A DNA stretch of 64,000 nt from Atractiella rhizophila (Eukaryota). This document shows positions 25,154 through 38,652 of this stretch, one piece after another (position 1 is the first letter of the stretch; every line of letters begins with the position of its first letter). The stretch is taken from contig MU271268.1 in NCBI GenBank assembly GCA_021432655.1, positions 1 through 64,000 on the forward strand, given 5' to 3'. The notes beneath the pieces are model-generated. The model was not told the DNA's origin, searched no databases, and saw only the letters and a program-made list of their open reading frames with translations. The position numbers and the translations under genes are program-made.

Positions 25154-27089
25154 GGGGTATGAGGGAAGAATGTTTGCATGTCAAGAGCAGTTGCCGCTTT
25201 CGATGCAAACTTCATAAGCACTTATATGAAACCAATTTATTTCTTGAAATCTGTAATACTGGAAGACAAGATGTGACATACTACGCAGATGGCCGAATTG
25301 AGTCTAATCGTCTAACCGACTAATGGATCTTGCTGATGCTAGCTACACATAGCCCAGGGTTCTTGTGGAACACACGGGATATTTGAAGCCTATATGAGGA
25401 TTAACTAACACCAAATGATTCAACAAAAATGGGATGTTATCTCACCAAGGTCTCACATTAAATTGTCTCCCACATACAGCTAGATTGTGGGCCAGGATTG
25501 TCCTTCAGAACAGTTCCATCAAATTGCCAGGTTTCACATGCTTCACATCAAACACTCTAGTTAATTACCGTCAGGATGGATTGCAGGAGGACTCCATTCT
25601 TTGATCTGAAAAATCTACTCATTTTGATGCCTGGCTGCTGATTCTGGACTGGTCCCGTAGTTGTAAGCTCATTGACTTGTTTCTTGACCATATGACGCTG
25701 TAGCCATGCTGTCTTTATGAGCTCCTGTTTCGGCCCACAACGAGACAAAAGCTCAATGGGATTTCTGGCAACAACCAAGCGGTGAACGAGAGCGTTTGAT
25801 TCGCGCTCAACATGGATATAACCAGCTTTGTTCTCATGACAATATTTAATCTTTCTCGCCTTAAATTATTGTAATTTGTCAAGTCGCCCCAAATCACGTT
25901 CAAACTTCTCGCACACAGAAGGCTACCTCGTTCAAAATAGTGCGGCAAAAGTAGATACTTTCACACTAACCCTCCTATCCCACTACGTCTTGGATTTGCA
26001 TTTGTTTAGTTGTTTTCTTATGGAACCTCTTCAAGTAGTGCCTACATCAAAGGACAGCATAAACCAGATCCCTGCCCCTTGCAAATGAAGCGGTTGACCT
26101 ATGTCCCGAGGGAGGGCATTTACATAGTTGGAGCCGACAAAAGCTGATACAATCATGGGTATATGATTAACTGTTAGAAGGTTAGCTTGAGGAGTGCTCA
26201 CGAAAGGGATGCGCATGGGACATACGAAGAATAACGAAATTGCACGATCGTTAAGATTCACTCAAAATGAGCTTTCTTACGCATCGCCATCAGATATATC
26301 TAGCAAAGGAAATAAAGGGAAAGGGAAAGGAAAGAAGGAGGGCTAAAGTCTCTAGCTTTGCTTCAATATGACCTTTCCAAAACCCCGAAGTCCAAGTCCA
26401 AGTCCAAGTCCAAGTGCAGTGCATGGACCGACATGGCTGCGCAAATCGCTTTCCTGGACTGCAACATCAAGAGAGTAGCAACACTAGACTCTGAACCTTT
26501 GTGTGAACCCGCACAGCCTGTTTCCTTCGAAACTCGAGTCAGCTCCATGATATGCTCCTTCTCAGATCGCTGCCCTAGATATCCATGACTTTGGCGTAGA
26601 AATGCTTCCTTTGGGACATTCTTTGGATGGAGGGATCACCCTTGCTGGTTCCTTCCGCTGAGGACGACCGCAATTGGAATGTGCGTGTAGTGTTCATTGT
26701 CTTGCTTACATCAGCAATTTCCCTGGGTGCTATACGGTCTATCCTAGCACCACCGTATAGACCCTTCCTAGGAGCTGCTAGGTGGTCCTATGGTGCTATA
26801 GGAACCTATGGCAAACTTTAAACGCAAACTTTGAAACTAATCCATGACTCCAGAGTGACTCACCGCATTTCCATTGCATAGGGGGCCAGTGGGTTAGGGG
26901 CTGTTGCCCTCCTTGAAAACTTTTCACAAAGTCCATCCGCATCGAACATTCATCTGCATCTTCTTCAACATCTCCTTACCCAATTTTCCGCAGCTGTCGC
27001 CTTTGTGCAAACCTTCCCTTTCTCTCGACATCCTTTCTGGACATGGAAGCTGCATCTCAACTGACCAACTCACACCTTCTGCAATCTAG

Positions 27090-27435
27090 TGCTGCCGGAG
27101 AAAGTGATATGGGTCCCTCCTCGAGCTCTGACGTGACATAGCTGTCCTCCTACCTTCCGAAGCATTTCATGAGTTCGTTACTCAAACTCGATCACAAAAA
27201 TGTAAGGAAAGAATCCAGAGGGACGAACAGTTTCATCCAGCGTCCTAAAATCGTACAAAGCCACAAGAGAACTCCAAATTTGCTCCGTGGTAGGGGGTGA
27301 AGCTGGAAAAGTTTGAGAGAGCTCGGATGCTAGACCTAGCATGCACCAGTGCTTGGACATCCCGATAGGTCTGTGCTTGATCACCCCTCGAAAGAGTGCT
27401 ATCTCGCCCTCGACTGTCTTCAGCACATCTGTCAT
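27090..27435 (-). CDS. Eaf7/MRG-binding (CT20 family) NuA4 subunit-like, apparently partial
   Basis: MTDVLKTVEGEIALFRGVIKHRPIGMSKHWCMLGL...QIWSSLVALYDFRTLDE matches the CT20 N-terminus. Downstream homology could not be followed. Confidence 0.65.
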
Positions 27436-27788
27436 ACTGTGGAACGGTATCTTGTTGACAGCGGCTGGACAGAAACTGTGTGAACGCGTTCGAGGTTTCG
27501 CGCTGTTGTTGGTCGTCACAGTTCGCCTCTTTCAAATAGGGTTCGGATAAATTATGCCGCAGCCGAGGCTTCCTTCAGGAGACTGATGGAGATGGACAAT
27601 GACAAGGATACGGGTGCAGCTGAGTATCTATCTGGATCTGTCTCCATTTCCAAATCCACGATTTTTTTTTGACTATGCACTTGCTACTGCACTGAAATCT
27701 AACTGTCATGCGTGTGATCAGAATGTTCATTTCAGAGAATGCTCAGAGGAGTCAGGAGGGGTGGTAAATCCACAAAAACTTCGTAAGA

Positions 27789-29327
27789 TTAGAGGGCATC
27801 ATTAAAATAATCTATGATCGCTTCCTGAACTTCTTTGGAAGAGTAGTGATTCAAAGTTCCATGTCCAGTATCTTTGAAGATCTTCACGGTGAAGTCCGCA
27901 TTAGGGAAGAAAGCGGCTTCTCCAGCCATGCTAGCCTCACTGCATAAAGAAAATCAAATGACATCCCTGTACAATCAATAGCCTACCCGTTGCAAACACC
28001 GTTGGGGCAGAACGCGAAGTCATGATCTCTGTTGCAGTAGTTCAAAATTCGTTGGACTTGAAGGAAGCATGCATACCCGTTGAAGATGGCAGCATGGCCT
28101 TTGAAGTCCTCCGCAGTCACTAGGACGTGAGGCATGGTGACCATCTCTCCCAGTCCAGCAGGGGCTGGAACCGCAAAAGTCGCCGCTGCAAGTTTCGGAT
28201 CATACGTTCCTTTTGGCGCGTAGAAACCAGCCAGTTTCGCTGCTAGATTTGGAATTGCAACATAGGAGCTAGGCCAGTTGACGGTAGGGGACGCGACTGG
28301 CATCATATTGCTCATTAGTGAAATGTTCATTTGAGGTTTCATTGACGGCTTACGTGCGGGCACGGTCACGTCGATTGCGGAAATGAACGCTGGGTTCACG
28401 TTGTGTCCGTAACCTGGATGTTGTCAGAAATTTGATGTCAGAAAAGTAGGAATTGCATACCAAGCAAGACGGCTGCCTCGACAAGGTCGGGGCTCTTGGC
28501 CAACAATCCGTTGACGATTGCTGAGCCCATGGAATGGCCCATGAGAACGACCTATTTCATAGTGAAGAACATCAGGTGATGTGTTCGGGAGAACAGCGAA
28601 TTGTAATGGACGCACCCTGTCATATTTCCTTTGCTGTCCATGCCCGAAAGAACCGTCCTTAAGTTTGGTAACGATTTGCGTGAGGATTTCTGTGTTCAAA
28701 GGTGCCTGGACCTCTCTTCCGTCGATGCTTTGGCTCTTCCCCAGACCCAACCGATCATAGGCGAATACGGTGTAACCTAACAACCGTTCGCCTCAACCTC
28801 TTGCCAAATACAAACGAAGCGAGCGTACCCTGAGAGGTGGCATAGTCGATGTAGTTGTATTTCTCGGGCTGATAGGCTATTTCGTATTCTGCTTCCACCT
28901 CCCATGCAGCATGCACCAGCACTTGAATCGTGTCCGGATTCTTCGCTGCTGTGTATGCAGGGGGATAACAGAACTTTCCAAAGTGAGTAAATGTGGCTGT
29001 GGTGTTTTCGGATCCCTACTCCTCTCTGAGCCCACGTTCGCTGCTGAAAGAAGAAGCTACAGTGACGGGGTTGATCACGCCGCCAAAGATGTCTTCGAGC
29101 AGCTTCTGTGCTTCAGCTTGGGTGGTCGGAAGAGTCAAGTCAATATCGAAGCGTTCGTACGTGGCTTCTACTTCAAAGTAGAACTTGGGAACTACATCAG
29201 TATCCTTCTCTTGATGCATAGAAATACGTACGGAGTTGCAGTTTGCTGCCTGGTGTTGCTGAGTGGTCGGCGCACTGATGACGCCCAGGATGAAAGATAC
29301 CAGGGAAACTGCTCTGATGGAATGCAT
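27789..29327 (-). CDS. Secreted alpha/beta-hydrolase
   Basis: Signal peptide MHSIRAVSLVSFILGVISA. GYTVFAYDRLGLGKS, nucleophile motif GHSMG, DHDFAFC and DTGHGTLNH. Stop at 27789. Confidence 0.85.
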
Positions 29328-30562
29328 TTTATTGGCGCTTTATGATGTTGAGATATTGGTGTAATGTTGCTCGAGTGATGGCATTCTCCACATCTCGACA
29401 ACCTTTTATATCTCGCGCGTTCAGCCAACCTCATGAACCGTTTCACAGAGCTGTGAAGTGTGTAGGGGGCGGGTCAGAATCCCTAACGGCTCTAGGTAAC
29501 TTGCAACCTGCTGTAGCGTAGAAGTATCTTGATTGAAAACTGCATCTCCGTGAGCATTCTTTGCCCGAGAGGAGAGTCCGTCAAGTCTTGAGACTCCGAC
29601 GAAATAAAAGTTTTCGCGAGTGGAACAACTGTCCCCCTGTCCCCCGTTTTTGCTTATGTCAAAAGTTCAGTGTCGGGTTAGCAGTTCAAGTTGAGGAGGT
29701 TGATAGAGGAGAGTCGGTCGACCCGATGCCAAAGACCTTATCTTCAATCACCCAACATTTCAGATGTCGCTTTTGAGTTGTTAGCCTTCTACTCTTCGTG
29801 GTACCGCCATACAACGTCGTTGAGCCTGTACCCGAATACCTGATCAAAAGTCGTTCCCAAGATGACAGGCTCAGGCTACTTGACGGACATTCCACAAGTC
29901 GAAGTGGACTGATCATTCTGGTTAATTCTTTGAGCTCTTCAAGCCTATGGTACAGTTCGACTCTCATAAAAGGCTAAGCTCTCGTACTTTCGATTCAGCA
30001 AACAAGAGATGCATCAGCCTGATCGCAACCAGGAGGAGGAGGAGGACGTGGCGGTTCCATTTAAGTTTGGCTCAAGAACGTGTTTCGACTGCATGATTAA
30101 CAAAGCAGTCTTTTCTTTCAGGCTCTGAATTCTGGCGCTGGAAATGTTTCTGAAAGACAGAGACAAAGATTTGCTTCCTTTGTTTGCCTTTGCGCAGCAA
30201 AGCATTATTCCACCAGCGCACAGACGTAAAACGTAACACGGTCAGATAACGCATCTGTATCTCTGGAAGCTTAGGCGCTGGACATCAACTGGATTCTACT
30301 ATAGATCGAATGCATGATTGCCCTTGTGTCCTACCGACGCAACGCAGGTTGGGATGACCTCTTTGTCAGCATTGCGTTCCGCCGTTGATGCCTCCGTATT
30401 TTGGTAGAGGCATCAAATATTCGCTCCGTCTCGCCCGTCTCGTCGGCGACCATGGCTGTTCCGGAATTCTCCCGGCTTGAGCTCAGCTCATCTCATAAAA
30501 GAGCATAGAGAGAAAAAAGGCTCTGACCTCTCCATCCATCTTTTTCATGTCAGCTTCGAGAC

Positions 30563-31831
30563 ATGGCACCAATCACCCTCCTCGATCTGCCATACGACCT
30601 TCTCTCTTCTCTCCTCCACTCACTCTACCTCGACGCCCAGCCAACCGTCGCCCGTCCAAGTCCATGGTCTCCAGCGCTCACAAGCTGGATCTCTCTCGTC
30701 CGCCTCACCGCCTCCACCCGCCTACTCTACCATTTGTTCCGACACCTCGTCTTCCGCCACGTCCGCTGTCGAATCTGGGGACGGCGACACGGAGAACGGG
30801 CCATGGAGCTGTTGGACATTCTGAGGAACCGGCCGCGAGGGGAGCTGAGGGGCATCGATCTGTTCCTCGGCGTCGATTCTGGCGTTGAGGAGAGCTCTAA
30901 GATCTGGGACCTGTTTGTGGAAGAGGGCGGAGTGAGGAGCATAAAGCTGACGAGCGCAGCTGGACTCACTGGTTCTCATTATACCATCTGCCATTCGTCT
31001 TGGAGGGCAATCTCGATGTTACCCCTTGAATCCCTCGACCTGACAAGCATCGAACTCCCCTTTCCTCGGGATGAAACGGTGTCGTTCGCGTGGAACTTGA
31101 CAAGTCTCAAGCTCGAACTCTGCGACGCATCAACTTTTGCATTGCTGAACCTGTGCAAGAACCTGAAGACGCTTGATATCTTCCCTGCTTCACTATGGTA
31201 TCAGCGATTCGATGCATCTATCCATCTGACTCCTGATCACTGGGAATCGTTGGTAGAAGTCACTTTCAGACGATTCCAAAGATCGGAGGTGTTACAACTC
31301 GTGGATTCTCTTCAGGTTAGAACTTCTGATGCTTTTTACAGACTCTAACTTTATAGTCCACTCCAGACCGCAAAATCTGCTGGCATTCAACACAAGCTCT
31401 CTTCCTTCACGCTCATTTCCAAAGAGACCATCCCTCACACTGACACGCGTGCCCTCCTCTCCCTGCTCCCCTCCACCTTATACACGCTCCAACTAATCGG
31501 TCTATCCTCCATCCCGATCTCCTCCCTTTCCCACCTAACCCAACTCTCGAATCTTGAATTCACCGACAGCGTCCTCCTCCACCCTTCTCTCCCTCTCCCA
31601 CCTTCCATCCCGCTCAAAAAGCTTACCATTTGCACCGATGGGGAGAAACCGTCCGATAACCAAGCGTTGGACGTAGCGAAGTCCTTTCCTTCTCTCAAGC
31701 TTTTGTGTTTCAAACGACCCGCCGATGTCGTTTGGAAGTTCAGAGTGTCTTGGAAGGAGGATGGACAGGTGAAGAAGAGGGAGGCGAGCTGTGACGTCGA
31801 ACTCATCCTTGACGATGGATCTTACAGCTAA
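30563..31831 (+). CDS. F-box/LRR-like protein (2 exons)
   Basis: N-terminal LLDLPYDLLSSLL and LxxLxL repeats (LESLDL, LTSLKL, LKTLDI). Intron ~31316-31366, then exon 2 is open to TAA at 31831. Confidence 0.75.
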
Positions 31832-32283
31832 TTATTCTTAGACACGCCCTTCATGCCCTTCATCATTGTATCAGGAATGTTTCTTCAGAATCAGACTATT
31901 TATTTGGAATCAGCATTTCTGTTGGAATCGTTTTGATACCCTACTTACTCCTCATAGAGGAGCGGGACTAGATTTTGATTTTGATTTTGATTGATTGTTT
32001 AGTAAAAGATACCAAGAATGCTGCATTATACGTAAGCTAATGAATTTTGCTAGTAAAAAGACATGCAAGCTTATCCCTCCAAACGAACTCCATCTCAAAT
32101 CAACAATGACTAACGCGTGAACACAGGATGTAGAAAGGTGTAGATAAACCTCATTGGATTCGAACGATTGGACCTCAACGAATGGAAACTGGAAACCAAT
32201 ACTGCTCGCTCAGCCTTCCATGAAAGACGATGAAGAGGAAACAAAAACGATAAATAGAAGCAACCAAGTACCCGAACGATTTT

Positions 32284-34760
32284 CTATTTAGAAATACCCT
32301 CCTTGATCAAAGCGCCTCTCAGACGAGCCCTCAAATATTCCAACCGCTCTTCATACTTCTCCTCTACGGTTCGTCTCCGTTTTCTCAGCTCTTCGAGCTC
32401 TTGGACCAATTTCGCGTCCTCATCATTCGACCCCTTCACTTCCACCACCACCTGTCCATCGACGACTTGAACTCCGTTCGTCGACTTGCCATTTCCGATC
32501 TTCATATCGGCTTCCGAGAGCTTGGAACTCGGGAAACTGGACGGCGGCTTTCGAGAAGGTGAGGTGGAAGATTCGGACTTGGGCTTCGGCTGATTCTTAG
32601 CAAGGAAGCTACCCATCCTCCTCAACGAGCTCGTTCGAGAATTGATCGACTCTCGATCCCCTCCCATCCCGCTCCTCTCGACTGACGGACTCGTGGGACG
32701 CGAATTCGTCGGCGTCCTCTCGTCCGTCAGCTTTGTCAGGTGCTGCAAGCCGGGTGGGAGCACCGGTCCATGGCTCGTTGGCGTCGCTCGATATTTGGCC
32801 AGCGTCCGAACTTCCAGACCCTCGAAACTTTCTACCACTCGCTTACACTCGCTCTCAAGGTCTGCAATCTCTTGACGCAGCTCTTCCGACGTCGGATCGT
32901 CTCCAGGTAGTTCGTTAGGATCGGATGCGCCTAAGGAATCAACGCGACTTCGGTTTCCGGTGCGTTTCGAGATAGACTGAGAACGGGTAGGACGAGAGGT
33001 GGTATTGGAATAAGAGGTGCGAGAGGGAAGGGGAAGGGTGGCAAGGATGTCGTCGTGTGATGTTGCGGAGGTGAGGATGGAGGCTGATGACGGTGCGGTT
33101 GAACGAAGAGAACGGTTTGAAGAGAAGAGTGAAGAGCTGTTTTCGTCGATCCGCGAGTGTTTGGGCTCGTAACTCCCATTCGTTCGCACACTCCGCGCAA
33201 CGCTGGGAGTGCTGTCGAGCCCCACTGAAATCGCATACAGCTGGCTATCGCTCATATTTCCTCCTCTACCACGAGTGGATGCGGGAGCCTCAAGTGTACC
33301 CGCTGAGCTCTTCCGCGGAATTGCAACTGACGGACGACGAGAAGGAGTAGTGGGTTCATCTTTTCTAATCGACGACTTATCTTTGAAGGAGGAAGTGGCA
33401 CGACGGAAAAGAGAGGAGACGCCGGTAGCGCTGGATATTTTTGAGTTTTGAGAATTGCGAGAATTGGAGGCGAGGGAAGGAGCGTGAGATCGGGTGGGTG
33501 TTGCGCCAACAGCCAATGGAGGAGGAGGAGAAGACTTTCGGCGACCTACACAGAAGATTAGGAATCAAAGTGCAAATTGAAAAAGGATCGGCAAAGTCTA
33601 ACCTTTATCGTCCCATCGTATTCTTCCACCAGTACTTCCTAGACCGTAATCTAATCCCCCACTTGCTGTATCACCCGCTGCAAAGCGCTCAAACAGCTCT
33701 CCACGTAATATTCGATACTCCTGATCATCCAAAAGACCATCAGCATGACTAGTAGCTAGCTCCTGCAGCCGGGTTGCCAGACTCTTTGTGTTCGAGTCTG
33801 TCTCGGCAGGATCTTCATGGATGACTTCTCCGTGGAGAGAGCTCGACGAAGGAGGTGAAACGAGGGTGTTGGATGGTGTGGGCACGGTGCCGGGTAAGGA
33901 ATAGGGAGAGGCGTAATCTGTCGTAAACATAGGAGCAGGAGTAGGAGGAGGACGTGGAATGAGCGTGAAACCTTCAGAGGTAGAAAGTGTAACGTCGGAG
34001 AAAACAGAAGAGGGGCGAGAGGAGGAGCGACGGTGGAGTGAAGGAGCTTCATCGTACTCGTACTCGTTCGAAGAGCGGACGTCTAGCGTCCTACTGCGCT
34101 TCTTCGACGATTCACCTTGAGCTGCATTGGTCAAGACCTCTAAGAGGTCACCGGAAGATCCAGAATCCACTAAGCCTTTCGAAGGATGGCGTTCGAAAGC
34201 AGAGAGGAACGAAGAACGTCTTGGACTGGAATTGAGCGATCTAGAGCTACTGACGAGATATCCACCAGGAGAAGCGCCAATTCCATCTCCATCGCTATCG
34301 CTGCCTCCTTTCCCATAACCTCCGAACAATCTCAAGCTCCGCTTGGACCGACTGGACCGCAACGAAGCGGAGGATTTCTTTGTTCGGACTGTTAAGAAGT
34401 CCCTCTCCCCTTCTCTCCCCTTTTTTGGCGAAGAGACGTCCGACTCGCTCACCGTGTATCCGATCCCTCTGCGTTCCCTGCCAAAGGTACCTGGAGAACT
34501 GGGAACTTCAACAGCTTTCCCTTTGTCTTTTCCACGTATTGAAGCCAACCATGACCGTTCTTTCTCTGCCCGAGCTAAACAATCTCGTAAGCTACTGCAG
34601 GATAGGAAGCTAGAAGATGCATGCCGCTTTGAGGAGGTGGAGGAGCTGGCGGTTCCACTACTTTTGGTGGGCGAGACGGAGCAGGAAGCGAGGGAGGTTG
34701 CTGGGGGGTGAAGCTGGTGGACGACTCCTTTACTGGAGTCCTTCTCATGAAAGACAACAT
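32284..34760 (-). CDS. Ser-rich hypothetical protein with SHOCT-like motif and C-terminal coiled coil (3 exons)
   Basis: ATG at 34760. A GC-AG intron (34624-34575) and a GT-AG intron (~33602-33547) join the long ORFs. LATRLQELATSHADGLLDDQEYRILRGELF; LEELRKRRRTVEEKYEERLEYLRARL. Confidence 0.8.
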
Positions 34761-34917
34761 GGTCGATGTGCTCAGCTTTCTCATCACCTCGGTTCCGCCA
34801 ACAGCTCAGAAAACGACGATCTCGCATATATTTCCTGCACCCGCGACACAAGAACGAATCAAGATTATTTTCAACACATTTATAGTTGGGAGATTGTTTA
34901 GAAGTACCGCTAGGCTC

Positions 34918-36160
34918 ATGGATAGAACAGTTAAAATCAGTACGTGCTCAGGATCTACGGGAATGGGTAGCTTGGTGAGGCTGTCGCTCTTTCGCCACTT
35001 CTTCTTTGATTTCGCCACATCTCGAAACCTCGCCTAGCTATCCAGACTTTGTAGTCTCAAGAACGCTGTATAGCTTACTGCTTTGCTGCTCTACAGCGTT
35101 CGTTCGTCACGGTGAATCCACGGACAATTGCGGAAGTTAGTTCCATGGTCTCCTGAATGGTCCCTTCTGCTGACATGGCTACGTTAGTTCTCTGGGCTGG
35201 CCATAGAGACGCACCACTTACAAATCACGGACATAATCAAGCTCTTCGGGTTGGCGAGTTCTTTTCTGAGATTCCTATCACTGGTGAGCCTTGCATTGAT
35301 TTGATCGTGAGCGTGTCGTGTGACACTGAACAACTTGCTTTCAGCAATATACACTTCTGACCTCAAGCGAGCACACAGTACTGCTCTAGCTATAGCTGAT
35401 GCCAACAAAACCTCACCAGTGCCACCATTCTCCATCACTCCACTTTTGCGTGAGCAATTCTTTGGTCAAGCAGAAGGTCCGTGCTTCTCCCCCCTCAATT
35501 TTGGGCTGTTCTTATGGCACATAGGCCAACCATGGGATAAGGGTCCATTTTCTGGACTTCCATGGGAGGATCAGCGGAAGTTCAAATTTGAAGGAGGAGA
35601 ATCTCTCGAAGACGTCTCGCGACGTGCAGACACATTTATAAAGTCCTTTCTCCGTCCTCACATCACCTCTTCGCCCACATCCACTATTCCCGATCCTGAT
35701 CCATACGATCATATAGTAGTTGTTGCTCAGTCTGTGTTCTCCTCTGTGCTCCTTTCTTTAGGCAACGTGTATGCTGATCTTGCGTAATAGCGGTATCATG
35801 ATCCGGGAGCTCATTCGTGCCCTTTACAAGGGTCAATCGATACCACGAGAAGTCGCTCGTCTCGGCGGTCTCCTCAACACAGCTTGGAACCAAGTGGAGA
35901 TCAAACATCTTGGAAGCTACGTGGGCGAAACGGAAGAAGGGGAGTTTGAGCTCCCGCTATTGAGCGTTCAGCTCGTCTGCCAAAACCAGCATACACATCT
36001 AAACGGGCTCGTTAGGCAGAAAGGAGGGATAGGAAGTTGTGCGCATGATGAGAAGCAGACCAAGCTAAGCGACTTCTTTGGAGGAGCCTTAACCAGTGGC
36101 AGGAACACGCCTGTGCTGACGACTAATGGCATGAACGGGCATGGGGAGGAAAAGAACTAA
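34918..36160 (+). CDS. Histidine phosphatase / phosphoglycerate mutase-like protein
   Basis: Spliced MDRTVKITFVRHGESTDN, DAPLTNHG, IYTSDLKRAHSTA, LREQFFG, GGESLEDVSRRA and LNTAW. Confidence 0.9.
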
Positions 36161-36483
36161 AGATTGAGCAACTAATATGGACGTTCGGGTTTCTCTTCGT
36201 GGTTGGGTTCACTACCTACATTAGGTAGATTTAGACAAAGTGCTCTGTATATACCAGCTTGACTTCACTTACCTAGATGAATAGAAGCAATGCCGTGTTC
36301 CTTGACGCCCTGCTCACCGTGACTTCCCAAGTGTGACGCTCTGCAACTCTCGACTAAAGAGTATTCCGACCCCACGAGCCGCTCCGTTTTCCTAAGCAGC
36401 AGCGGCGGCATAAATGAATATCCTTTTGATCACGTCAAGCCAAATCGAAGCTTGCATCCACTGGCACTCGACAACCATCAATC

Positions 36484-38379
36484 ATGTCGTCGCTATCTGT
36501 AGCTCAGCGAGAAGCAATCAAACAAGCTTCTCATGCCGTTCTGGACGACTGTGTCGATTTCCTGAAAGATCTGGCAAGTACTTGCCTCTGACCCTTGCAG
36601 AATATCTCGACTAACCAGTTGAGCTTCAGATTTCCATAGATACGACGAATCCGCCTGGACTCAAGTGCGCACCTCCTCCTTATTTACTTGGATAGAAAGA
36701 ATAATCAATCCACAGTTATCCTCAAATTGCCGAACTGATAGCCTCAAAGCTCTCACAGCTAGGCTACGATGACACCAACTTACTTCACGTTGCAAAGGAG
36801 GATCTACCAATTCTGGCTCCGCATGACCCAGACCAACATCCTCGAGTCAACGTCGTCGGAAGACTGTTTTCCAAGTCTCCCAACCCAAATCTCGTGGAAT
36901 ATGTCGAATCTGATGGGTCACTGAAGAAACGGCAAAAGTGCCTGCATTTCAACGGCCATACTGTGCGTTGTTTAACAAAGTAATAAAGGACAGGACACTG
37001 TTAATGAATCGATGAATTCTAGGACGTTGTTCCGGCCGGAAACTTGTCCACCTGGACATCAGATCCCTTCAAAGCGACAATTCGCAGCAATAAGGATACA
37101 GGCGAGCCGGAGCTCGTTGGTCGAGGAGTGAGCGATATGAAAGGTGGAATAGCTGCTCAAGTACGGCGGGTCCATCTCTATTAGGTTTTTATTCTCAAAT
37201 TGGCATGGCTAGGTATTCGCGATTGAAGCTGTTCGGAGAGCTGGCCTCACGCTCCGAGGAACTGTCGAGCAAAGTGGCGTTGTGGATGAGGAGTCTACTG
37301 GGATTCGTAATGCAGGTATGCCTCGTCAATATTTGAGAAGGACTAACTTACTGACTGTAATTTCAGGCGCTGGATGGCTCGTGGAACAGGGCCATGTATC
37401 TGCCTCCAAAACCGACGGGGTAATTATCACAGAGCCATTAGGTTATCAAAATGTCTGCTGTGGCCATCGAGGTATGTTACTTTGCCCATGCTTTCCCTCC
37501 ACCCAACTCGAAGGGTAGGAGCCATATGGGGGACAATTACTTTCTATGGCCGCGCATCTCATGGATCAACGCCTCAACGAGGTGTCAACGCCCTTGAAGC
37601 TGCTGCGGAATTTATCGTCAAGGCTAGGGCGTCGATTGGCCCATCAATCAGCGGTCTTCGTGATGAGAATGTGATCCCAGAAGAGGCGAGAGCAAGCAGT
37701 TTGACATTCACTGTGCGTATTCCCCTTCTTCTGTGAGACCGGAGGCATTGCTGATTTTCCTGGCGCTGTTACCAGGTCTTGAACGCTGGAGCGAACACAA
37801 ACTCAGTTCCTGACCTTGCAACGCTCAGATTTGACAGGCGTCTGGTTCCTGGAGAGACCCTTGATGAATCTCGGGAAGCGTTGAAGACAATTCTCCGACA
37901 GTGCTTCCCAGAGGGTTCAGAGGTGAAATATGAATATCACGAGAGTACGTTACTCATCCATTTACATATGTTTTATCGACCTGGCAATACATAGACTATT
38001 CTACTGATCCTATCTGGGTTGAACCCACCTCATCTCCAACCACTCAAGCTCTGCAACATTCCATCGGATTGGTCATCCAGAAGGAGGCAGGACTGGTTTG
38101 CAGCCCAGGAACTGTTAGTCTTCATTCGAGTGGCCTTGGTTCATCATAACAATATTCCAGGATGACCAGCGGTTCTTTGTCCGCAAAGGAATGGATGCGA
38201 TTGTGTACGGACCTGGCAGAATCAGAGACGTTCACAATGCGGATGAAGCTTTGAGGTTAGAAGACCTCCGTCTATCCATCGAAATAATGGCCTTGACAGC
38301 GATCGAGGTCAGTTTTACACTTTCCTTAATATGGACGTGTACAAGCTGATTTGTTCTTCAGTTCCTTGGCATCGACTGA
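36484..38379 (+). CDS. M20 family ArgE/DapE-type deacylase, many introns
   Basis: [63 protein letters not shown] and YGPG..HNADE. Confidence 0.9.
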
Positions 38380-38652
38380 CAGTGGAGATGTAGACACGTA
38401 TAATATTGCGCCGAAGTTGTACATCTTGGTACAGGTAACGAAAGAGTAGTAGAGACAAATTGTAGAGGCATAGAGCGGAGAGGAAACAACCAATGCATCA
38501 AGACTCGGAAGACTTCTATCCAATGAGTAGAGAATAAACAGCAGCAACTAAGCAAGAAGATATATCACGACTCAAACAACGCTTTGCAAAAATAACTGAC
38601 AGAAAGACGAAGGTACAGAGGGCTATATTTCAGACAATTCTCAGTCATGTCT

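Noticed and set aside
26386..26415. (AGTCCA)n repeat; also (GATTTT)n near 31970
   Set aside because: Ordinary microsatellites.
29560..30400. Short ORFs between the hydrolase and F-box genes
   Set aside because: No coherent spliced model or motif.
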